From assembly GCA_038843015.1 (NCBI GenBank), contig JAWBSH010000003.1:3634-67633 (forward strand): a DNA stretch of 64,000 nt. The letters run 5' to 3'. Both the position numbers and the translations under genes were made by a program. Under the pieces are notes generated by a model. That model did no database searches and was not told where the DNA came from. It was given only the letters and a program-made list of their open reading frames with translations. Positions within the stretch are counted from its first letter, which is position 1. Every line of letters begins with the position of its first letter. This document shows positions 48,890-56,993 of this stretch, in pieces. This DNA comes from Zestosphaera sp. (lineage in GTDB: Archaea; Thermoproteota; Thermoprotei_A; Sulfolobales; NBVN01).

Positions 48890-49459
48890 CTAAGCCTTGT
48901 CTATATTTGACAGCGCTCTCGTCCTATAACCTAGAGCTACTTTCTTGCTCTCAGCTATGTTTAGCCTGCCGTGCACGTACCTCTCACTCTCGTCTGACGA
49001 GGTGACCATTATTACCGGAGCCAGACTACAACAACCGAAACACCTAGCTTTCTCTACGGTTATCGCGCCGTCTCTTGTAGTGTTTTCTCTCTCTTTCAAG
49101 TTGAGTGCTTTCTTTATAGATTCGTAGATCTCCGGAGACCCCTTAAGATAGCATGCTGTGCCAAAACACACGTGAATTACGTATGTTCCGAGGGGTTCTA
49201 GCCTAAACTGATGATAGAAAGTAGCTACGTTAAGAATTTCAGACAGTGGTATACCTAGCTTGTTAGATAGTGCTTCAAGAGACTGTCTAGGCAAATAATG
49301 AAACTCTCTCTGTATTTCTTGAAGCATGTTAATTAACTTACTTCTATCAACGCCATACTTATGAATGACTCTGTCTACTGTACTAAGGTACCTCTCAGAA
49401 TCTAACGTAATGTCGGCGCGTGATAACAGACGAGTCTTTTGTTCACTCACAGCACGCAT
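48890..49459 (-). CDS. NuoE/HydC/HoxE-like thioredoxin-fold [2Fe-2S] subunit
   Basis: VCFGTACYLKG...CFGCCSLAPV. Confidence 0.8.
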   Translation of the reverse strand: MRAVSEQKTRLLSRADITLDSERYLSTVDRVIHKYGVDRSKLINMLQEIQREFHYLPRQSLEALSNKLGIPLSEILNVATFYHQFRLEPLGTYVIHVCFGTACYLKGSPEIYESIKKALNLKERENTTRDGAITVEKARCFGCCSLAPVIMVTSSDESERYVHGRLNIAESKKVALGYRTRALSNIDKA

Positions 49460-49634
49460 GCCTAACCTCCAACTTATACTGGGGACACATTCTATATAAG
49501 GAGAATTTAATTAAACATACTTTCAGGTAAGTAAATTTAATTAAGAGGGTCTGCTTGAGGGGGACTCCTTATAGTGTTCTTATTTCTGTTGCTTCCGTCT
49601 TAAAAGGCAATCTAGGTTTTCAGCTACTGGTTTT

Positions 49635-50525
49635 CTACACTTTAGGGTAGAAGTGCTTACATCTACACGCTTTATTTCTTATACAACGTCCTAGAACAAG
49701 TTCTGAAATCTTTGATATCAGGTATGAACACCTCTCACAGAAATCAGACTCTACGTCCACGTTTTTAAGTAGCTTGAGTACGTTACTAGCCGTATTGACT
49801 GCCGTGTCTATGTCTTGCACTAGTAAAGCATTTATAGATCCTTCAGTCAATTCAATGAGCTTCTCAACGCATTTAACCTCTGAAGAAGTAAGTTCTCGGG
49901 CGTTGATGAACGTGTTAACTAATTCTTTCACATACTCTATAGAGAGTAGCAGGTCTATGGCTTCATAAGGCTCGACGCTATTCTCGGCTAAATTGAGTTT
50001 CAGGCTTCTTAAGAAGTGCAGGTAAATTCTCATAAACTCTCTGTGGTACATTGTGGCTTTCTCGTAATCTCTGTTGACGAGGCTTTCTAGTATTTCAGTA
50101 GTTATAGACTCTATAAGTTTTAGGGTGGAGGTTATGTCTGTCTTCACGTCATCGAATATTATCTCGTGTATTCTTGAGTTCGGGTCTGCCCTGAGCATGA
50201 ACATAGAGATGCTTTCTCTAAGTTTTTCAGAAATTTTGAGTAGTTCAGTATACTCAGCTCTCACTTTGACTCTAGTGACTCCCTCAACATATGATGCTAT
50301 GAGTTTTCTTAGAGCTAGGTCTGGTTCTTCAATCTCGATTAATATGTTGATGTTTTCTGGCTCCTCCTGAGTATGCGGCACTATAGTTATTTTAGAGCCA
50401 TCAAAGATTAGACCGATCTCGTCTCCAGGTCTTACGCCTATAGAATCTGCCCACTTCTTAGGTATGACTACTGATAAGGAACCTTTACCTATTAAGCCAA
50501 TCTTCTTGACTATCTTCTCAGTCAT
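49635..50525 (-). CDS. AbrB/SpoVT-domain plus PhoU-like-domain regulator
   Basis: GKGSLSVVIPKKWADSIGVRPGDEIGLIFDGSKITIVP followed by helical PhoU-like repeats. The likely start is the ATG at 50525. It is co-directional with, and 175 nt upstream of, the hydrogenase cluster. Confidence 0.6.
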   Translation of the reverse strand: MTEKIVKKIGLIGKGSLSVVIPKKWADSIGVRPGDEIGLIFDGSKITIVPHTQEEPENINILIEIEEPDLALRKLIASYVEGVTRVKVRAEYTELLKISEKLRESISMFMLRADPNSRIHEIIFDDVKTDITSTLKLIESITTEILESLVNRDYEKATMYHREFMRIYLHFLRSLKLNLAENSVEPYEAIDLLLSIEYVKELVNTFINARELTSSEVKCVEKLIELTEGSINALLVQDIDTAVNTASNVLKLLKNVDVESDFCERCSYLISKISELVLGRCIRNKACRCKHFYPKV

Positions 50526-50624
50526 AGAGCCTAACCCAATTAATACGTTAATTATCAAGTCTTAAAAGATTCTGCCTGAAGCAAGTCTCAACGGCTTTAA
50601 TTCCTGCGCTTAAGATATTATCGG

Positions 50625-51848
50625 TTGAGAACGGTGAGAAAGCCTACCCTCGATTATAATGTAGTCTTGGACGAATTGTCTGGAGAGAAGGCTTTCCAGT
50701 ACATCTCGCGTGCCCGTGAGTTAGCATCTAAAGGTTTTGACGTGATATCTTTTGGGGTTGGTCAGCCAGACGTACCTACACCTCAGTTCTTAGTAGATGA
50801 GGGTAAGAAAGCTCTTGACGAGAGGTTCACAGGATATACGGAGACAGAAGGCATTAAGGAGTTGAGAGACACGGTGGCAGAATACCTCAACACGCGTTAT
50901 GGAAGTGACGTAAAACCTGAAGAAGTCGTGATAACTATAGGTACTAAGGGTGCGGCATACTTGGCTATGGCTGCTTACGTGAGACCTGGCGATGAAATCA
51001 TTGTGACAGACCCTACTTACCCTGTTTATTCTGAATTGCCTAAGTTCCTCAACGCTAGGCCTGTTTACGCCCCATTAAGGTGGTTAGGTGAGGAGTCTGG
51101 GTTCTCTCTAGACGTGGACTTGATACATGAGCTGATAACGAGCAAGACTAAAGGCATAGCTATAGTTAACCCGCACAATCCTACTGGAGCAGTCTTTAGT
51201 AGTAAGGAGATCGAGGAAATCATGGACTTAGCTAGAGACTATAACTTACTCGTGATAGCTGACGAAATATACGATAACTTCCTCTACGAAGACGCTGACT
51301 TCAAGTCTTTCATGAGCTTCCCTGATTGGAGAGACCACGTACTCTACTGTAACGGGTTTTCCAAGACTTTCTCGATGACTGGGTGGAGGCTGGGTTACCT
51401 AGTTGCTAGGCGGGAAGTCACTAAAGCACTAACTAAGCTAGCAGTGAATACTTGGTCTTGTCCCCCCTCAATAGCTCAGAAAGTCGGTATTAAGGCTTTA
51501 AAAAGTGACTGGAGCTCCGTTCAGGAAATGGTGTCGTTATTTGATAGAAGGAGGAAGACCATATGTAGAGAGTTAAGGCAAGTTAAAGGATTTGAAGTGT
51601 GGTGTGGTAAGGGGGCTTTCTACCTATTTCCGAGAATCTCGAAAATCTTGGAAGCTACTGGATTAGACGTAGAGACTTTCGTGACTAACTTAATGGAGAA
51701 AAAACACGTTGTAGTGCTTCCTGGAACAGCTTTCCCTAAAGAATTCGGCAAAGATTTTATTAGGTTTAGTTATGCGGTAAGCGAAGAGAGGATAGTAGAG
51801 GGAGTTAAAAGAATACGTGAGTTCATAGAAGAAATAACTTTAAGTTAA
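50625..51848 (+). CDS. Class I/II (aspartate-type) aminotransferase
   Basis: NPHNPTGAV and the PLP-lysine motif GFSKTFSMTGWRLGY. Confidence 0.85.
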   Translation: MRTVRKPTLDYNVVLDELSGEKAFQYISRARELASKGFDVISFGVGQPDVPTPQFLVDEGKKALDERFTGYTETEGIKELRDTVAEYLNTRYGSDVKPEEVVITIGTKGAAYLAMAAYVRPGDEIIVTDPTYPVYSELPKFLNARPVYAPLRWLGEESGFSLDVDLIHELITSKTKGIAIVNPHNPTGAVFSSKEIEEIMDLARDYNLLVIADEIYDNFLYEDADFKSFMSFPDWRDHVLYCNGFSKTFSMTGWRLGYLVARREVTKALTKLAVNTWSCPPSIAQKVGIKALKSDWSSVQEMVSLFDRRRKTICRELRQVKGFEVWCGKGAFYLFPRISKILEATGLDVETFVTNLMEKKHVVVLPGTAFPKEFGKDFIRFSYAVSEERIVEGVKRIREFIEEITLS

Positions 51849-51935
51849 GGTAAGTATTTTAAAGTAGTGTTAGTTTATTTTTGTGGATGAGGAAAGCTAG
51901 GTGCTACAGAATTAATGAAGAGAGAACCCCCGACT

Positions 51936-51970
51936 GACGCATGAGTAGCTTGGCGTACTCACGTCATTTT
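51936..51970. terminator. Hairpin followed by a T-run between convergent genes (candidate terminator)
   Basis: GACG(CA)TGAGTA-gcttggcg-TACTCACGTC gives a 10-bp stem with a 2-nt bulge (51936-51965), then ATTTT. Confidence 0.3.
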
Positions 51971-52046
51971 CGCAGAAGCTTCTATAGAGAGAGGGAATGA
52001 GTATCTAAAACAACGTAATTAAACAGTTGTGAGTAACTACCGTATT

Positions 52047-52223
52047 CTAGTATAGGCAGACTTTTCTTGGTCTAGACCTCCTACTTTTGTTTTTGTTGTT
52101 AGGGTTTATGTAGTGATTTAGAGCGTCTCTTATAATTTCAGACCTATTTTTACCACTCCTTAGAGAGTAGATGTCTATGCACTCAATCAATTCTTCAGGT
52201 AGCCTGACGGTAACAGTCTTCAT
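52047..52223 (-). CDS. Ribbon-helix-helix (CopG-like) small protein, not in the ORF track (58 aa)
   Basis: My translation: MKTVTVRLPEELIECIDIYSLRSGKNRSEIIRDALNHYINPNNKNKSRRSRPRKVCLY. The VTVRLPEEL...RSEIIRDAL pattern is typical RHH. Confidence 0.5.
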   Translation of the reverse strand: MKTVTVRLPEELIECIDIYSLRSGKNRSEIIRDALNHYINPNNKNKSRRSRPRKVCLY

Positions 52224-52385
52224 TTAGTTCACTACTAAGTAATTCTCTGTAGGTTTAGATAAGCTGAGGAGTAGAATTTTTCCTTAGAGAGAGGTCACTG
52301 AAAGTATCGTTTTAAAGTAGCTATTGAGAGACTGTATTCTCGGTAGTAAAAGTTTATTTGATTTGTTTCTTAATTCTTACTTGGT

Positions 52386-52496
52386 GCGGGGGTGCCCGAG
52401 CCAGGTCAAAGGGGGCGGGCTCAAGTCCTCCGGCAGCAAGAGCGGGAGACCCGCTGGCGTAGGCCTGCGTGGGTTCGAATCCCACCCCCCGCACCA
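52386..52496 (+). tRNA. tRNA-Leu (anticodon CAA) with a ~23-nt intron at the canonical 37/38 position; CCA encoded
   Basis: Acceptor GCGGGGG/CCCCCGC. Class II D-arm and long variable arm. Anticodon stem GCGGG/CCCGC with loop CU-CAA-G[intron]A. T-arm GTGGGTTCGAATCCCAC. 3' ACCA. Confidence 0.85.
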
Positions 52497-52518
52497 GTAA
52501 AGAGGAGGTTGATGAGCG

Positions 52519-53547
52519 TTGATAATACGTGCCTTAACCTTAATGTATGACGAGGTTCAAGACTTGAACGAGTTAAGAAAAGACCTAGAATTGAGTGAGA
52601 AAGCTTTAGCTGGTATTGGCTTTACTCCATGGACTGTCAGAGTTACGTTGCCTAACGAGGTCTCTCAAGACGTGATTAAGAAGTTGTGTGGTAGTAGGTA
52701 CTTGTTCTCTGCATATCATTCTAGAGTTAGTGACGTGAGTAGGGAGTCTTTAAGAAAGATCTTGGAATGTAGTAACGCGTTCGCGACCCTCCTAATCTCA
52801 AGCTCCGACGAAATACCTAAAGCTTCAGAACTACTCGTGAGTATAGTTAGCGAGTTAGGCGCTGACGCAGCTACTAGACTAGGCTTCACCATAGGTGATT
52901 ACGTAGAAACTCCCTACTACCCTCTCTCAACTTCTAGGAGGTATGGAGCTTCTGTCGCTTTGAGGTACGTGAACGACTTCCTGAGATCTCTTAGAGCGCA
53001 CAAGACTCTTGAGAATGCTTACAGTGAAGTAGGTGAGAGTCTTAAGAGATTAGACAAGATACTGGATTCTGCGTTTAAGAATATTGGGATACCGTATTTA
53101 GGAATAGACGTTTCTCTTTCTCCCTGGATGGATGAGTCCGTAGTACCAATAATAGAACACTTAAGCGGCGTTCCTTTCCCTAACGCCGGCAGTGCTTGGG
53201 GGATAAAGAAATTGAATAATTTGCTTCAGGAACTAAGCAGAGAAGTTAAGTCTATAGGGTTTAACGAAGTAATGCTGCCTGTAGGAGAAGATAACAACCT
53301 CATGAAGTTAGTTAGGGAGGGCTCTCTAAGATTGCCTCATTTAACGTTCTTGACTGCTTACTGCCTAGTAGGAGTTGACATGGTAGCTTTGCCAGGAGGT
53401 GTAGAAACAGTTGAGCACGTCTTGAAGGACGTGCTAGCAGCGTACGAGGTGAAGAAAAAACCTGTTGGTGTTAGGGTTATACCGTCCTTCGATAATAAGG
53501 AAGTACACATAGATAGGTTCGGCACCATACCAGTCATTTCAACGTGA
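52519..53547 (+). CDS. DUF711/UPF0210-like protein
   Basis: The start MIIRALTL and the C-terminal VGVDMVALPGGV...VGVRVIP resemble UPF0210 family proteins. Confidence 0.5.
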   Translation: MIIRALTLMYDEVQDLNELRKDLELSEKALAGIGFTPWTVRVTLPNEVSQDVIKKLCGSRYLFSAYHSRVSDVSRESLRKILECSNAFATLLISSSDEIPKASELLVSIVSELGADAATRLGFTIGDYVETPYYPLSTSRRYGASVALRYVNDFLRSLRAHKTLENAYSEVGESLKRLDKILDSAFKNIGIPYLGIDVSLSPWMDESVVPIIEHLSGVPFPNAGSAWGIKKLNNLLQELSREVKSIGFNEVMLPVGEDNNLMKLVREGSLRLPHLTFLTAYCLVGVDMVALPGGVETVEHVLKDVLAAYEVKKKPVGVRVIPSFDNKEVHIDRFGTIPVIST

Positions 53548-53588
53548 GCTTGAGTCAGGTGTTTTTTGTTCCTCACTAACATATTAAA

Positions 53589-54119
53589 TTAAGTGAGTTT
53601 CTCACGAATCTTGACGAGAGTTATTTTCTTCCTGCAGTCAACCAAGTATAGCCACAGACCCTCACTACTTAATGACTCAAACACTCTCATTACGTGATCA
53701 CTAAGCTCTTCTCTAGTAATTTGGTCGTGCAGGTCTTGCTCGACGCATGAGGTGCCCACATACTTCTTCTGAAGTAGATATCTGCAACCTACTATGCTTC
53801 CCTCAAGACTAATGACGCACTGTGCGGGGGTAAAGGAAGGTAGAGGGGGTAAGAAGCCCTTATAAACCTCGACATACGTTCCTTGCTCGCCTGTCGGTGT
53901 GGTGCCGTGAACTACTATGCCTGTGAGAGGCAAGCACTCTCCGCTAACGAGCACCTCACTCAGGGTTACTGGCGCTCCAAGGAGTTCTCTTAATTCTTGA
54001 GGTATTTTATTGAGGAAGGTGTTGAGACATTGTTGAGGCAGAACGTAACTTACGAAGCTCTTGTCTAGAAACCCTATAACTATTTTTAAGTTCTCTCCTC
54101 TACTCATGGAATGACCCAA
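53589..54119 (-). CDS. Hypothetical protein
   Basis: 176-aa ORF that overlaps the pyrH stop by 16 nt (co-transcribed). I recognised no family. Confidence 0.3.
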   Translation of the reverse strand: MGHSMSRGENLKIVIGFLDKSFVSYVLPQQCLNTFLNKIPQELRELLGAPVTLSEVLVSGECLPLTGIVVHGTTPTGEQGTYVEVYKGFLPPLPSFTPAQCVISLEGSIVGCRYLLQKKYVGTSCVEQDLHDQITREELSDHVMRVFESLSSEGLWLYLVDCRKKITLVKIREKLT

Positions 54120-54784
54120 GAGCCGTAAGTCTTCTCACCAGATAAGACGGATTTAAGCATGTAGGGCTTGAAGGCGTTTATGAATACAATGTTTAGTTTT
54201 GCTCTCTCGATTATCGAGATAGCTATTGGGTCTAGTAATTCGTATTTTCCTGGCGCGTAAGACTGTGATAAGACGTTCTTTAATTCCTTTATAGTCAGTT
54301 CCTTAAGTATTCTTGCGTTGGGGTCTATTCTAGGGTCTCTGTCGTAGACTCCGTCGACTGTGGTGGCGTTGATGAGTAGTTCTGCGTTAAGTAGCTCGGC
54401 TAGTGAGGCGGCTACTGCGTTATTAGATTGTCCTGGTTGCAGGCCTCCCCCAACAGCTATCTTGTCTAAGTTCCATGCGTGAATGAATTCTTCTATTCTT
54501 GTCGGTATTGGGTAGTATGCGTAGTCGCCGAGCAACGCGGAGAATAATACTGCGTTAACTCTGGAAGCATTTATTCCTAGAATGTCTTGCCAGCCTAGAG
54601 AGACGCCGGCTTCTGAAGCCATACTTATGTACTTTCTCGCTGTCTCACCCCCGCCGACGACAACTGCTAACTTCAGACCTCTTTTCTTGTGCTCTATTAT
54701 TATGTCGGCGATCTCCATCAGGACTTTAACGTTTTCCGGACTGAACAGCTTTCCAGTTAGTTTAATCACTACTCTATTCAACAC
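54104..54784 (-). CDS. pyrH: Uridylate (UMP) kinase, archaeal type
   Basis: VVIKLTGKLF, AVVVGGGETARKY and DGVYDRDP. Confidence 0.85.
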   Translation of the reverse strand: MLNRVVIKLTGKLFSPENVKVLMEIADIIIEHKKRGLKLAVVVGGGETARKYISMASEAGVSLGWQDILGINASRVNAVLFSALLGDYAYYPIPTRIEEFIHAWNLDKIAVGGGLQPGQSNNAVAASLAELLNAELLINATTVDGVYDRDPRIDPNARILKELTIKELKNVLSQSYAPGKYELLDPIAISIIERAKLNIVFINAFKPYMLKSVLSGEKTYGSWVIP

Positions 54785-54835
54785 AGAGTCTCCCTAAATA
54801 AACCTTAACACGCTATAATAAAGTGTTGGGTTGTG

Positions 54836-55714
54836 TTAGTCGATTATCTCGTAAGGGAGACTCAATGATTTCAGTTCCTCAACTACTGCAGACCTGGGCT
54901 CAGAACCTATCTTTCTTGATAAGACTGCCTTGGCTGGTGCGGGCTTACTTCTTGAAGCGGCTTCTCTAGCGACATACTTAAGTTCTTCTTTATTTTGAAT
55001 CTCTCTGATCGCGTACCTAGATATTATGTGTCCGTAACACTCTCTATATTTTAAAGCTCTCTTAGTGAATCCCTCAGCGTAGTGTGGTCCTCCGAAGCCT
55101 ACGGTAGGCGTGCAGTCAACTGGAGACTTGAGTTCTCTTAACGCGTTCAACACGGACTCACCGACTATCTCGTGAGCTTTCTTGTAAGACCACTCTGTTT
55201 CTGAAGACCCTATCTCGACGAAAGTAAGTGGTTTCTGGAGACTAGTAGGTCCGTGATGTGTTACCTCATAAACAACTTCAAAGTCTCTGAGCTCGCTTGC
55301 TGCTAACTTGCTCAGGTTTCTTAGAGTAAGGTATGAGAAGACGGGGTTAGCTATCGAGAGTTCTTTCGGTCTACCCCCCACGTCAGCTGATGAGGTTGGG
55401 TTGCCAGTATGGTGTACTGTCAATGACTTAATGCCTGAACTAGCTTTATGGCGTGACAAGATTACGTAGAAGCTAACGCTAGGTAATGCATTATCTAGGA
55501 AGTCAAAGTAAATAACGTCTTCCTCGAAACCGACTAGCAAAGCATTGAGTTCTTCAAGAAACCAGGACTCCACGCTACCAGCTACCTGAATTCCCCTACT
55601 CTTAAGAATTCTTCGGATAAAGCTCGCTATACCCTTACCAGCAGGGTCTCCAACACTATACACTATACCAACAAGACTCTCTTCAGAGCTGTCCTCCCGC
55701 GGCTTAAGCATCAC
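54836..55714 (-). CDS. dtdA: D-aminoacyl-tRNA deacylase, archaeal DTD2 type
   Basis: SRHKASSGIKSLTVHHTGN, EVTHHGP and GGPHY motifs. Confidence 0.7.
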   Translation of the reverse strand: MMLKPREDSSEESLVGIVYSVGDPAGKGIASFIRRILKSRGIQVAGSVESWFLEELNALLVGFEEDVIYFDFLDNALPSVSFYVILSRHKASSGIKSLTVHHTGNPTSSADVGGRPKELSIANPVFSYLTLRNLSKLAASELRDFEVVYEVTHHGPTSLQKPLTFVEIGSSETEWSYKKAHEIVGESVLNALRELKSPVDCTPTVGFGGPHYAEGFTKRALKYRECYGHIISRYAIREIQNKEELKYVAREAASRSKPAPAKAVLSRKIGSEPRSAVVEELKSLSLPYEIID

Positions 55715-56029
55715 GAACGCACCTTAACATAATCTCACAGTCAGTAAATAAAGAAAGATAGCAAGCCTCCCAAGTCTTAACCTCAGAAAACCCTCAGTCG
55801 CGGACAGCTGCTTTCTCACATATGCTTCTCTACTAACCCATATTTTCAGGCCCTCCACAAAATTAAGTCTCAAGGAACTCACGCTAACTATTATTCATAG
55901 CTTAACTGAATTGAGTAAGCACATTCGATAGGCAACTCTCAAAGAGTTAATTATTAATAAACTCCAAGGCAGAAGAAAAGTCTTCCTACACCATTCCCTT
56001 ACGTGAATCTTTCTAATGAGCTTGAGGAG

Positions 56030-56104
56030 TGGGCCCGCGGGGACTCGAACCCCGGACCTCCGCCTCGTAAGGGCGGCGTCCTAACCAGGCTAGACGACGG
56101 GCCC
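56030..56104 (-). tRNA. tRNA-Val (anticodon UAC), no intron, CCA not encoded
   Basis: Minus strand reads GGGCCCG TC GTCTAGCCTGGTTAGGAC G CCGCC CTTACGA GGCGG AGGTC CGGGG TTCGAGT CCCCG CGGGCCC A. Confidence 0.9.
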
Positions 56105-56198
56105 AACCAACAAAAACATAAAACAAAACCTAATAAATCTTAAGCTGTGGACTTCCGTAGTGTTCTGGTGTCGTGGCCTGTGTTTTCATGCGGTTATG

Positions 56199-56993
56199 TT
56201 ATTTCAGGATGTGTTTGTTAGTTACGTAGTTGAGTGTCAGGGGTCTTGTGATGAGATACGTGATTACCGCTCCCCATGAAGGTATTAACGTGTAGTTAGT
56301 TATTACTTTGGGGTTCTTTGAGAAGTCACTTAATATGATTTTCTTTACTTCCTCATTCCACTCTCTCAGATATACTGCTTGGTGGAGTGGTGAGGTGACT
56401 CCAGCTATGAGTAAGTCTATCGCTATCTGCGCGAGGACGTTCACTATCTCTATCAATAGAACTGTGACTAGCCAGTAAGTAATGTACTTCCGTAGAGGGA
56501 AGCTGTAGTTGAAGCCTAGCCTAAAAACAAGTAGTAAGAAGAGTATAGGAGCAAAATATATGACGATAGCAACAACAATCATTATCGTGGCGTAAGTATA
56601 GTATATAGACATGACATAACCTGAAGGAGCCAAGACAAACCCACTATAAAGTCCTAGAGTCAAGTGAATCAATGCTGGCAACGCAGTCACCAAGAAAAAC
56701 AACGCCACAAATAGACGACGCACCCTAAACCCTCTAACCCTAAGTATCTCAGCAGAACTAAGATAAGTATAGAGATACGGAGTAACAGCATAAAATAACG
56801 CAGTAAGCCCGACACCCACTTGCAACACCATCAACACCTGACGACTAGAGTAGAGCTCCCTCGTAGAGTATGGGGGCCCTGCATAGTACGGGTAAGCATT
56901 ATAATAAACTAAGATTAGTGATAAGGGGATTAACAGAGCAAAGTAAGCTTTCTTAAAACTAAACATGGTCTGTCCCCTACATATCAATATCAA
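56199..56993 (-). CDS. Polytopic membrane protein (about 7 TM), unknown family
   Basis: Hydrophobic throughout. It overlaps or abuts the stop of the 892-aa gene. An alternative ATG start lies at 56966. Confidence 0.4.
   Translation of the reverse strand: MILICRGQTMFSFKKAYFALLIPLSLILVYYNAYPYYAGPPYSTRELYSSRQVLMVLQVGVGLTALFYAVTPYLYTYLSSAEILRVRGFRVRRLFVALFFLVTALPALIHLTLGLYSGFVLAPSGYVMSIYYTYATIMIVVAIVIYFAPILFLLLVFRLGFNYSFPLRKYITYWLVTVLLIEIVNVLAQIAIDLLIAGVTSPLHQAVYLREWNEEVKKIILSDFSKNPKVITNYTLIPSWGAVITYLITRPLTLNYVTNKHILK

Noticed and set aside
55715-56029. Apparent sharing of short strings (CCCAAGTCTT, CTCAGAAAACCCTCAG, ATTCATAGCTT) between this intergenic region and the repeat family
   Set aside because: The matches are only 10-14 nt with gaps. 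Many such matches are expected by chance in a 64-kb window, so this is not enough to claim membership of the family.
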